Source: a virus
Taxonomy: Duplodnaviria > Caudoviricetes
Virus record (IMG/VR): IMGVR_UViG_3300034683_000215
Coordinates: 1 to 58,680 of that record
Reading direction: 5' to 3' (one strand)
Length of the DNA stretch: 58,680 nucleotides
Below are positions 10,840 to 19,374 of this stretch, in pieces. A program made the translations under genes and the position numbers. Below the pieces are notes generated by a model. The model searched no databases and was not told the DNA's origin. It was given only the letters and a program-made list of their open reading frames with translations. Numbering within the stretch: position 1 is the stretch's first letter; every line of letters starts with the position of its first letter.

Positions 10840-10851
10840 AAAGTAGAAGCG

Positions 10852-13800
10852 ATGAATGAGGAATTATATAAACTATGGCAAACATTAAAGGAAAACTATT
10901 CAGATATTCCTGAGTACGATGTTTTTGCCGAAAAATTTTTGAGCGACGAGACAATTGCAAGGCAGTTGCATAAAAATATGATGCAGGACTTTTCAGATGT
11001 TCCTGAAGATTTTAATACGTTTTATTCAACATTTAAAAAAAAAAGTCAATCCGAAGAAGTCTTATCTCAGCCATCTCAAGAGCCTGCTACAAAGCAGGAG
11101 ACTGGTTCGCCAAATATAGCCATTCCTATTAAGGCTTATTCGGAGCAAACTTTAGACGAACGAAAAAAGATTAATGAATACAATAGCCTACTGGCGGAAA
11201 TATCCGCTATGGGGGCTAATATGGAACAAGCTGAAAAATTCAAAGAATCTGGATTATCATTTCTAGAATTACCAGAAGAAGGCGAAGCGTTAGCAAGGAC
11301 AGAATTTAGCCAAAAATATTTACGTGCAAAAACACTATGGAATGAATTTAAAGAGAGCGGGATTGTAGATGGCGAAATGCGTTATATCGAAAATGACCCT
11401 GCTCGAGAGATGAGTGGTGCTAAGCAAGCTATAGTTCATACATCTAACGCTGTCAAGGACGCCCTGGAAGGTTCAGTTATAGGAAAGATTGCTAAGTTTT
11501 TAGGTGGAGCAGGAACGGATTACACAAGGGAAGAGTTTAGCTTTGCCCCTGATTTTGCGGAGCAAGTAGAAAAGGAAAAAGAGCAGATAGAAGAATTTGA
11601 GCAAAGAGACGTTGATTACAAGAAGATACATTTTGGAAAGTTAGAACAATACGCAACGTTAGCTGGTAGTTTTTTAGTTGATACGCCTCTGTTTATCGCC
11701 TTAGGTGGTAGCACAGGAGCATTGACCAGTAGGGCTACAGGAGCGTATGTAAACACAGTGGCTCGCTCTTTAATGAAGACTGGTATTGCTCCCGAAATGG
11801 CACAAGCAATAGCAGTAAACTCATTAAAAAATACAGTTAAAGGGCTAGCGGTAAAAGGAGCAGAAACGGCTGTTCAGAGTGGAGCTGTGCTAGGTACGTA
11901 CAATGCTATCAATACTTCGCTAGAACAGATACAGGATGCCGAAAAATTTTCAGACATATCCGCCACTGAAATACTTAACAGTTTTGGCCATGGTGCTATA
12001 TTAGGTGCAGGAGTAGGTTTGGTCAGCCCGCTGTGGGCTAAAGCTGCTGATATGGCTACATTAGGATTAGAAAATCAAATATTGAGAAAGGCTGTCAAGG
12101 CAGGAGTAAGCACCGCTGAATTTGGATCAGAGGCAACTATTTTCGCTGGCCTCAGTGCAGCAATGGACGAAAACCAAACCTTCGGCACGGATGCTATAGT
12201 AGAAAACGGATTAATGCTACTAGCGTTAAAGGGAGCCTCTTTGCCTACCAAACTGTTAGGTAAGGCTAAGAAAGTACAAGCAAAAGAAATGAAATTCACT
12301 GAACACGAGCTTAACCTATTAGGAGTTAAGGATAAGACACAGATTAAAAAACTTAGCCAAGATGAGTTAGTCAACCTAGCTGCTAATGAAAATATTCCAT
12401 TAGTAACCAAGTACAAGTTAATGACCGAAATTTCGGGCATTATTCCTATCGGCACGCTGAAGGCAGATGAGGTAGTAACCGAGGGGAACATTGTCAAACT
12501 ATATCGTGAATACAACGGGAAGAAAGAATTAGTTTCAGAATCTAAGTTTGACGATATAGCAGCTGCGAAAGATTATGCGCTTAAGGAAAAACAGGCTATC
12601 ATAGATAGGCAATACAAGACTGCTACTGATAAATTCACCGTCGAACAGCTAGCCGAATACGAAAAGAAGTTAAGTTCGGTAGAGGATGCAGATGCCATGA
12701 TGGATGCGGTGGACACACCAGTCGAGTTGAGGAACGCAAAACAAAAGAAACTGGCTAACAGGTGGTATAACTTAGTAGATGAAGTAACTAATAAGTTTGA
12801 AAAGATAGAGAAAAAAGAGGCTAAAATAAGCCCAAAAGAAGCCGAAATTTCAACGCAAAAAACGCCCCCTATAGAAACTATTAATGAAGGGGAGATCGTT
12901 CAAAAAACGGGCGAAAAACAGCCTAAAACAGAAATAAAAGGAGAGAAGAAAGATGCCAAAGCAATACGAAGCGATGAGGGACAAATTTTACAAGGAGAAC
13001 CTCAAAAAGGGAATGAGCAAGAAGGAAGCCTACGACAAGGCGCAGGAGAAGGCGGCGAAAATTTACAACAGTCGGCACAAAAGAAAACTCTCGCGCAAGA
13101 AGTAGGTACGCTAGATGAAGTTATCACCTTAGATGTGCCTAATAAGAGGCAGGTAATCGAAGAGTTTATTAAGGAAAAACGGGGGGAATTAAAAAACTTA
13201 GATGATAAGTTAATCCCCGTTTTTCTCAGGGAAGTTAATCGAGCAACCGAAAGAACGGCAGGCAGGGTTGTAGAAAGCCTAAAGAAAGCACTAGGTAACT
13301 CCCAGTATGCTCAAAGAATAATGGCTGCCAGCGAGGTGTCTAAATCATTGGAAAATAATATAAAAGGGCTAGACACAAAAGCCTTAAAAAAGATTAAGGT
13401 TGTAGGCAGGGTTACTCGCGATGGGAAGCAGGTTATTTCTAAGGTAAACGGAATCAAGGTAACGGAATTGCCTGATAACATTATAGACGATTACATTGAG
13501 GTAGCCAATAGATTAAATAAAAAAGTTGTAAAACCAGAGGATGTAAAGGCAGCCAATGAGTTTCTGGAAAACTACTCTACGGCCATCAAAGAGCGCAAGC
13601 TTATAGAAGATGCACCTGAATACAAAGTAGAAGAATTGCCTGCTGTAATGCAGGAAAGAGTGAGAGAAATAGACGAATTACTTAAAAGGGGAGAGGTCGA
13701 AGATGTAAAAGCAGCAGATGCCAAGTTGAGGACAGTCGAAAGATATTTACGAAGATATAAGAAAGACGGCATAATAGATACAGAATTAAATTATATTAAT

Positions 13801-16800
13801 GATATAGAGGGCAAGGTGCAGGTTCAAATGGAAGAAGTTATGCAGCGGCTTTCCTCATTAAAAATAGAAGCAAAAGACGCTGTTATAAAAGCCAATAAGG
13901 AGATACTGTCAGAAATAAAAATATCAGAGGAGAATGCTGTCAGCAACGGGGATTACTTAGAGGCTCAAAGAATTAAGCAAACAGTTGAAGAAATTAAAAA
14001 CATTCCTACTGCCCTATATCGGTTAAGGGATAGTGAAATAGCTGACCTAAAAGAATATTTAGATTACTATAACGAAACGGGTGTAATGCCTGTAGGAGCA
14101 TATCAGCTAAACGCAAGGTTGCGCACTATTTCTAGATATGGCAAGGTTGCAGAAAATGTTGTTCGCACAGTAGAAGAACAAATAAGGTCTAACCCCGAGT
14201 TGTCTAAGAAGTTAGACAAAAGTGTTACTGAGCTAAAGAAACTGCTTGCAACTAACCCGCATTCGGCTATTGGGCATCTTTTGAAATTTAAGGAATTTAT
14301 AGGAGAAACAGTTAATAATCCGTTTTACAACTACATACAAAACCCCGGCAGGGCTGCCATTAAGGAATATAGGACAATGCTAGAAAAGTTTATGAATCCT
14401 ATATACGAGGCGGCCAAAACGAGAAATTGGGTGCAAAAGAATATTTATGACACAGGTGGATATGACCGAAAGATGTCCTCTGTCGTGGGTATATTAATGC
14501 CACAGGTTAGGATGTATAACTTCCTACAAAAGCTTGAAAATAGGATAGTAGGCGTGGACGGGAAATACATGGTGGTTGACCCATTCGGGAATCCATATAA
14601 AGAAGGAGGAATAGAAAAAAGGTTTGCCACGAAGAATGAAGCCCTTGAATATGCCAAGAAAATTCCGATAGACAAGCTAGCAGACGGGAGACCTTTCGAC
14701 TTGTTTGATGTGCTGAATTATGAGTTAAAGGACGGTAAAAAGGTAGAAAGTACAAAACGTAGAGCTGCTGTAATAACGAACAATAGCCAAAGGAACAAGG
14801 CAGATTTAAAACTTTTCGACGAGGCGTACAAAGAACTTGTCAAACGGAACGGCGGAAAAGATTTATCAAACATAAAAACAGACGAGGACGCCCTGCGGTT
14901 ATTAAAGCCAGAGGAGCAAAAGCTTTATAAAACCATTAGGGAAAATCTAACTCTTACTGGCGATATGAATGAAACAATAGCGGGTAGGGAAGGGCAAGTA
15001 TTGGCTAAAGAAAACTATTATTATCCAATGCTAAGTAGGAGTTTACGAATGGGTGATGCTAATCCTGAAAGCCTGCTCGTAACCACAATGGAAAGCGGAA
15101 ATCTTAATGTAACAAATCATATTAAGCCGAAAACTATTAGTTTAAATTACATCGATTTCGATGCGGTTAGGACGATTGAACGTTACAATAGAGATGTTTT
15201 GCAATCATATTACGTTCTTCCTGTAGCAAGGGAACAGTTAGGCGCGCTAAAAATGATTAGACGTGAGGTTGAAAATAAAGCCATATACGACGCTATAGAA
15301 AAGGATATTCGAGATGGGTACAAAATGGAATTTACATCCAAAGGGATTTTTGGGCAGGCAGGTTTTGCTTTAGGGTCTAAGTATGTGGATATGTCTCGCT
15401 GGTTTAGGGGAGTGGTGCAAGCAGCAAGAAATTACACACTAGCAAAAGGGGAACGAATAATACTAGATACCACTGCGAACATCCTAAAAGCAGGCCGTCT
15501 ATATACAGGCGATATGTCTAAATGGGATGTGTTTTTCAATAAATACTATCAGGGTTCAGCAGCTCCGAGTTCAGAAGGTGATGTAGGTTTTGGTAGGCAC
15601 GCTGTAGAATACTCAGGATTTCAAAGGAAGGCTAAATTACAAAAAATTACGGACGAATACGTAGCCGTAGGAGACACATTGCCTGGACGTAGAATATGGG
15701 TTGATAAGTTTAAAGAAGCATTTAAGAAACTATACAAGAAAGATTTCGATGTAGAAAAGTTTACCAGTTCTAAGGAGTATAGGTTAGAGGTGATGTCTAA
15801 TCCGAATTGGGAACAGGCCATTGGGATTGCAGATTCGAACTACGAGCAGGTGATGGTCCCAAGCACTAAATATTCAAACATCAAGGAGTTGTCCTACTTC
15901 TTATTCTCATTACGTAGCAACACCAGAGCATTTCAGTATAATGCATCAATGGCCTCTTATGCAATGAATGAGAGTGCGCAGGCAGCAGCTTTGTTTCAAA
16001 ATACAGATGGGAATGTAAACGCAGCGGCCAGGCGTTTATTCCGCTATCTTATTTCAAATATGACGTTTAATGCTTTAACCCAGTTAGGCATAAACACAAC
16101 ACAGTACTTAGGAGGCGTTATTGCAGATGACGAGCGGGCAAAGTATGATGCGTTGATGCGAATGAAATCTTTAACAGACCCAGAACAGGTGCTAGCAAAT
16201 GGGGCTGTTAGCATGGTAAACCTGACCATTGGTAAGTATGCGAATGTAGGGAGGTTGGCCAGCGGTGCTATCTTCACTGGTATATCTAGCGCTTTAAAAT
16301 CGGGCATGAATAAGGCAGAAAAATATAAGTACGAAAACATTGAAAAGAATCTTATAACTAATTTGGGGATAAACCGTGTGCTTTCAACAGATTTTGACCC
16401 TACCAAAACGTATACTAGTTGGAAAGATGTAACTACCATATTTGGCGGCTGGTATGGCAAGGGCGTGTTGGATTACGGTGAAGATTTGGTTAAGTTTCCA
16501 GAGCAAGTATATAACTATGTAGAAAATAAAACATCAGAGGACGAGCTACTAAATGAGCCGTTTAGCTTTGCTCAGATGACAAATGGTCTTTCAGCGTGGT
16601 TAGCGGGGATTATTCCAGGAATGCCAAATGTTAAGTATGCTACTCGAGCCATTACGAGCAACTACATAGGCGCAGTACCAGATAAATATATTAGAGATGT
16701 GGCATCCTTTAAAACGTTTACGCTAACAGCCCTTGATGCAAACGAAGTATTTCAGGAAAAATATAAGCAGGTCAAGGAATATGGAAAGAAAAGAGGCGAG

Positions 16801-17238
16801 GGCGAATCGTTATCCGTAAAGTTAGATAAGGAAGCCAGGACGAAGTGGGACCAGCCGAGCGGCGACTTAACTACCGATGCATGGAGTGCTGCCCAGCGAA
16901 TGACAGAACAATACATAAAAGCAGAGGGTTTGGAAAATGTTTACAAATTCTTTAACTTACCTGTTATAAAAGATAATATCGTTATAGTCGATGAGTTTAT
17001 CAACGAGATTATGAAAGATAAGACGTTAAGCGTAAAAGAGAGGGAGCAAGCATTTGAGTTGATTAAGGTTGAGGCAGATAGGTTGGAATACGCATTTAAT
17101 AAATTTGAAAACGGCGAAAACGTCGGCTATGTTGTTTCCCCAGAGCTAATGAACCACAAAATAATGAAAAAGATTTTAAAGATGAAAGAAAAGATTTTGA
17201 AAAACTATGGAAAAATGACAATCCTTTTCGGCGAATAA
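10852..17238 (+). CDS. Large internal virion (ejection) protein
   Basis: 2128 aa with a Gly/Ala membrane-like region and coiled coils. No RNAP DxDGD motif seen. Confidence 0.65.
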   Translation: MNEELYKLWQTLKENYSDIPEYDVFAEKFLSDETIARQLHKNMMQDFSDVPEDFNTFYSTFKKKSQSEEVLSQPSQEPATKQETGSPNIAIPIKAYSEQTLDERKKINEYNSLLAEISAMGANMEQAEKFKESGLSFLELPEEGEALARTEFSQKYLRAKTLWNEFKESGIVDGEMRYIENDPAREMSGAKQAIVHTSNAVKDALEGSVIGKIAKFLGGAGTDYTREEFSFAPDFAEQVEKEKEQIEEFEQRDVDYKKIHFGKLEQYATLAGSFLVDTPLFIALGGSTGALTSRATGAYVNTVARSLMKTGIAPEMAQAIAVNSLKNTVKGLAVKGAETAVQSGAVLGTYNAINTSLEQIQDAEKFSDISATEILNSFGHGAILGAGVGLVSPLWAKAADMATLGLENQILRKAVKAGVSTAEFGSEATIFAGLSAAMDENQTFGTDAIVENGLMLLALKGASLPTKLLGKAKKVQAKEMKFTEHELNLLGVKDKTQIKKLSQDELVNLAANENIPLVTKYKLMTEISGIIPIGTLKADEVVTEGNIVKLYREYNGKKELVSESKFDDIAAAKDYALKEKQAIIDRQYKTATDKFTVEQLAEYEKKLSSVEDADAMMDAVDTPVELRNAKQKKLANRWYNLVDEVTNKFEKIEKKEAKISPKEAEISTQKTPPIETINEGEIVQKTGEKQPKTEIKGEKKDAKAIRSDEGQILQGEPQKGNEQEGSLRQGAGEGGENLQQSAQKKTLAQEVGTLDEVITLDVPNKRQVIEEFIKEKRGELKNLDDKLIPVFLREVNRATERTAGRVVESLKKALGNSQYAQRIMAASEVSKSLENNIKGLDTKALKKIKVVGRVTRDGKQVISKVNGIKVTELPDNIIDDYIEVANRLNKKVVKPEDVKAANEFLENYSTAIKERKLIEDAPEYKVEELPAVMQERVREIDELLKRGEVEDVKAADAKLRTVERYLRRYKKDGIIDTELNYINDIEGKVQVQMEEVMQRLSSLKIEAKDAVIKANKEILSEIKISEENAVSNGDYLEAQRIKQTVEEIKNIPTALYRLRDSEIADLKEYLDYYNETGVMPVGAYQLNARLRTISRYGKVAENVVRTVEEQIRSNPELSKKLDKSVTELKKLLATNPHSAIGHLLKFKEFIGETVNNPFYNYIQNPGRAAIKEYRTMLEKFMNPIYEAAKTRNWVQKNIYDTGGYDRKMSSVVGILMPQVRMYNFLQKLENRIVGVDGKYMVVDPFGNPYKEGGIEKRFATKNEALEYAKKIPIDKLADGRPFDLFDVLNYELKDGKKVESTKRRAAVITNNSQRNKADLKLFDEAYKELVKRNGGKDLSNIKTDEDALRLLKPEEQKLYKTIRENLTLTGDMNETIAGREGQVLAKENYYYPMLSRSLRMGDANPESLLVTTMESGNLNVTNHIKPKTISLNYIDFDAVRTIERYNRDVLQSYYVLPVAREQLGALKMIRREVENKAIYDAIEKDIRDGYKMEFTSKGIFGQAGFALGSKYVDMSRWFRGVVQAARNYTLAKGERIILDTTANILKAGRLYTGDMSKWDVFFNKYYQGSAAPSSEGDVGFGRHAVEYSGFQRKAKLQKITDEYVAVGDTLPGRRIWVDKFKEAFKKLYKKDFDVEKFTSSKEYRLEVMSNPNWEQAIGIADSNYEQVMVPSTKYSNIKELSYFLFSLRSNTRAFQYNASMASYAMNESAQAAALFQNTDGNVNAAARRLFRYLISNMTFNALTQLGINTTQYLGGVIADDERAKYDALMRMKSLTDPEQVLANGAVSMVNLTIGKYANVGRLASGAIFTGISSALKSGMNKAEKYKYENIEKNLITNLGINRVLSTDFDPTKTYTSWKDVTTIFGGWYGKGVLDYGEDLVKFPEQVYNYVENKTSEDELLNEPFSFAQMTNGLSAWLAGIIPGMPNVKYATRAITSNYIGAVPDKYIRDVASFKTFTLTALDANEVFQEKYKQVKEYGKKRGEGESLSVKLDKEARTKWDQPSGDLTTDAWSAAQRMTEQYIKAEGLENVYKFFNLPVIKDNIVIVDEFINEIMKDKTLSVKEREQAFELIKVEADRLEYAFNKFENGENVGYVVSPELMNHKIMKKILKMKEKILKNYGKMTILFGE
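12953..13105 (+). CDS. Overprinted small basic protein (50 aa)
   Basis: MPKQYEAMRDKFYKENLKKGMSKKEAYDKAQEKAAKIYNSRHKRKLSRKK* in the +1 frame of the large gene, preceded by AAAGGAGAG. Confidence 0.6.
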   Translation: MPKQYEAMRDKFYKENLKKGMSKKEAYDKAQEKAAKIYNSRHKRKLSRKK

Positions 17239-17266
17239 AGGGGCTACTAGAAAGCCCCTTTTTTTT
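17239..17266 (+). terminator. Rho-independent terminator ending the structural operon
   Basis: AGGGGCT-ACTAGAA-AGCCCCT followed by a T-run. Confidence 0.85.
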
Positions 17267-17276
17267 ATTAAAACTA

Positions 17277-17345
17277 TTAGCTAAAAAATTTGCATTTCTC
17301 AAAAAAAGTTCGTATCTTTGTAGTGTCGTAATAATTGTTTTAGCG
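17277..17345 (+). promoter_or_regulatory. Promoter block A, heading cassette array 1
   Basis: TTTG (17289) and TATCTTTG (17313) with 20 bp spacing; inverted copy at 35570-35639. Confidence 0.85.
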
Positions 17346-17350
17346 GTCGA

Positions 17351-17693
17351 GTGTATGGCAAGTGCCTACACAGAACGTAAATAATAAACGCAGTTTAACA
17401 TGAAAGATAATATGAGTGATAATTTTGATATAAACGTAAAAATGCCAGTTTGGAAGAGCATAAAATTGCGTTTATTTAGTGTTGGCAACCAAAGGGAACT
17501 GTTATTAGATTTTCTTTATTGGAGAGAAAAAGAAATACACCCAGCAGACGCTAACAAAATAATAAATAACTATTTAGAGCAGAAAAAATCTAATAATAGT
17601 TGCTAACTTAAATAATAACACTAAAGATTGAAATTATGACAAAAGAAAACAAAAAAGACGAACGGGCATTTGCTATACACGGTGTTATGCCCC
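17351..17693. repeat. attC-like site interrupted by a nested cassette
   Basis: Arms GTGTATGGCAAGTGCC (17351) and GGCATTTGCTATACAC (17665), then GGT-GTTATGC. Confidence 0.7.
17400..17606 (+). CDS. Cassette hypothetical protein (nested cassette)
   Basis: Reads through the arm and GTT (LRLFSVGNQRELL); its stop TAA lies in GCTAAC. Confidence 0.65.
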   Translation: MKDNMSDNFDINVKMPVWKSIKLRLFSVGNQRELLLDFLYWREKEIHPADANKIINNYLEQKKSNNSC

Positions 17694-18040
17694 GTTATTT
17701 TTATCCAAATGGTGATGAGGTAAAAGAAAATGATATTGTGTTTTACTCCGAGAGCAAAAGCGCAGGTGATGACTTCCATTATGCAGACAGTATAAACCTA
17801 ATAGTAAAGCGAGGTAATGAATTAAAAGCAAAAGCTTTTGTGATTACGATGGATAACGCACAAACATTCCAAGATTATGAAGAACCTGAACACAATATGG
17901 TTTCTTTGGAATACGGACAGAATATGTTCAACAAAAATGGTGTGCTACCTGACTTTGAGAAAATAGGTGAATATCCAAAAGATAAAGAAATGTTGACTGC
18001 AAAATATGCCCAAGACCATTTTTGTTTTAATGGGGCATAA
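17636..18040 (+). CDS. Cassette hypothetical protein
   Basis: Starts in the attC-like loop (AFAIHGVMPR spans the arm); stop in GCATAAC. Confidence 0.75.
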   Translation: MTKENKKDERAFAIHGVMPRYFYPNGDEVKENDIVFYSESKSAGDDFHYADSINLIVKRGNELKAKAFVITMDNAQTFQDYEEPEHNMVSLEYGQNMFNKNGVLPDFEKIGEYPKDKEMLTAKYAQDHFCFNGA

Positions 18041-18096
18041 CGGTAAATATAAGAAGCGTGGAGCGTAGCGGAATGATTTTTATATATTGTTAGCTG
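18032..18096. repeat. Short attC-like site
   Basis: GCATAAC...ATATAAGAAGCGT-loop-ATGATTTTTATAT...GTTAGCT. Confidence 0.65.
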
Positions 18097-18133
18097 GCGA
18101 AGCGTACTGTTTAAAAATTTAAAACGAAATATT

Positions 18134-18352
18134 ATGTTGAAAAACTATTTACAAGATTTAGAAGAAATGAGCGAGCGTAATGCAGAATTTAGCGAGTATT
18201 ACCATATGTTATTAAATGGCATTGATGATCTTGAAGGCAATGACAAACCACTATTTGTTTATAGCCTGATGAACGCCATTAGAGATATTGGCTATGAGAA
18301 CGGAAAGCGAGCGGCAAACGAAGCAATGAAGAAATTTTTAAATTGCAGCTAA
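18134..18352 (+). CDS. Cassette hypothetical protein
   Basis: 72 aa; stop in CAGCTAAC. Confidence 0.7.
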   Translation: MLKNYLQDLEEMSERNAEFSEYYHMLLNGIDDLEGNDKPLFVYSLMNAIRDIGYENGKRAANEAMKKFLNCS

Positions 18353-18613
18353 CGGACAGGTATATGAGCCGTGCGGATTAACCTACTAACAATTGAACGA
18401 GGTACACAGTAATAATTTTAAAATATTTTTAGGGATGGAAAAAATAAAAGTAAAAATACCAGAAAAATGTAAAGATTGTGTTTACGTGAATAAAAAAGGA
18501 AATTGTTGGGCTTTGAAAGATAAATGCAACCCAAACAGTATGAATTGTGATTATAGGAAAGATGAAGAGGCGAGCTACAAACGCAAGCATGGCTTATATA
18601 CCATGTTGTAGCA
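18346..18613. repeat. attC-like site with a gene in its loop
   Basis: Arms GGTATATGAGCCGTGC (18359) and GCATGGCTTATATACC (18587). Confidence 0.75.
18435..18611 (+). CDS. Small Cys-rich protein encoded within an attC-like loop
   Basis: MEKIKVKIPEKCKDC...C...C...C; ATG 18435 is in frame with the ORF-track call. Confidence 0.55.
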   Translation: MEKIKVKIPEKCKDCVYVNKKGNCWALKDKCNPNSMNCDYRKDEEASYKRKHGLYTML

Positions 18614-18624
18614 TTGTTTTAATG

Positions 18625-18903
18625 TGCTACAACGTAAAAGTGTATGGTGTCGGTTGCACTTCAAAAACCTACTGACCTACGAACGAGTGATAAACCTCCA
18701 CGTTTACGAGCGTGGCAAAACTTAAATAAAATGAGAAGACATACACAAACGATTGAAGAATGTGAACACTGTGGAAAAGTATTTGAAGCAGGAGAAGATT
18801 ACTGGAAAGATGCACATAATAAATGCTACTGTGTTGATAATGCGTGTGGGTGGGAAGATGACGATACGAGTGACAGCAACTGCACTATACACGGTGTTAG
18901 CAA
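18625..18903. repeat. attC-like site with an extrahelical base
   Basis: GTGTATGGTG(T)CGGTTGC (18640) and GCAACTGCACTATACAC (18876). Confidence 0.75.
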
Positions 18904-18997
18904 TCCGTTAAGTTGCGATGGTTGCAAATACAACGGTACGACTAATGACGACCTTTGCGTAACTTGCGGAGATACATATAAAAACAAAGCAACTTAA
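18731..18997 (+). CDS. Cys-rich (zinc-finger-like) cassette protein
   Basis: CEHC...CYC, then SNCTIHGVSN, then CDGC...CVTC; likely start at 18731. Confidence 0.6.
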   Translation: MRRHTQTIEECEHCGKVFEAGEDYWKDAHNKCYCVDNACGWEDDDTSDSNCTIHGVSNPLSCDGCKYNGTTNDDLCVTCGDTYKNKAT

Positions 18998-19000
18998 TTG

Positions 19001-19104
19001 TTGGTAACGTTTTGCGTATATACGAGGTACGCCAAACGATAAATTTAAAATTATAAACAAATGCTTGTAGGCGTATCTTGTATATACGCTGTTAGCACCA
19101 ATAC
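19001..19104. repeat. attC-like site
   Basis: GCGTATATACGAGGTACGCC (19014) and GGCGTATCTTGTATATACGC (19070), flanked by TAAC and GTTAGC. Confidence 0.8.
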
Positions 19105-19112
19105 GGATTATT

Positions 19113-19355
19113 ATGGAAGATTTTAGATTTACAACAATAGAACCGCTTTTAACAAATGCAGACGCAATGGATTGGTTTTTAAATGAACATTTTTATGAAG
19201 TGTTTGATGAAGATGCAATTTTTCTGAATTACAATGATGGTTATGCAGAAGTGATTGATGGTAAAGGACAAAAATGGGGATTACACGCAAGTGGTGATGG
19301 TGATTTTGTTAGTCACAGAATTAGATTTGAAGCACTAACGAAGTATTGGTGCTAA
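19113..19355 (+). CDS. Cassette hypothetical acidic protein
   Basis: 80 aa; ends in GTATTGGTGCTAA. Confidence 0.7.
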   Translation: MEDFRFTTIEPLLTNADAMDWFLNEHFYEVFDEDAIFLNYNDGYAEVIDGKGQKWGLHASGDGDFVSHRIRFEALTKYWC

Positions 19356-19374
19356 AGAAAAAATAAATATAAAA

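Larger units (their letters stand above)
17346..19356 (+). mobile_element. Integron-like cassette array 1 (no integrase)
   Basis: Six cassette bodies with complementary ends: GTTGGCAAC/GTTGCTAAC, GTTATGCCCC/GGGGCATAAC, GTTAGCTG/CAGCTAAC, GTTGTAGCA/TGCTACAAC, GTTAGCAA/TTGGTAAC and GTTAGCACCAATAC/GTATTGGTGCTAAA, separated by imperfect hairpins. Confidence 0.8.

Noticed and set aside
12075-16460. Antisense ORFs within the large gene, and similar shadow ORFs elsewhere
   Set aside because: They have the S/F/L-rich composition typical of reverse-strand shadows of real genes.
10852-17238. Virion RNA polymerase as in crAss-like or N4 phages
   Set aside because: No DxDGD or other polymerase motif was seen.
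17351-19104. Hairpins as simple terminators or REP elements
   Set aside because: They have no U-tails, loops up to about 300 bp, and unit-specific GTT/AAC end pairing, which terminators and REPs do not explain.
17346-19356. CRISPR array
   Set aside because: The units are not identical direct repeats with uniform spacers, and I recognised no cas operon.
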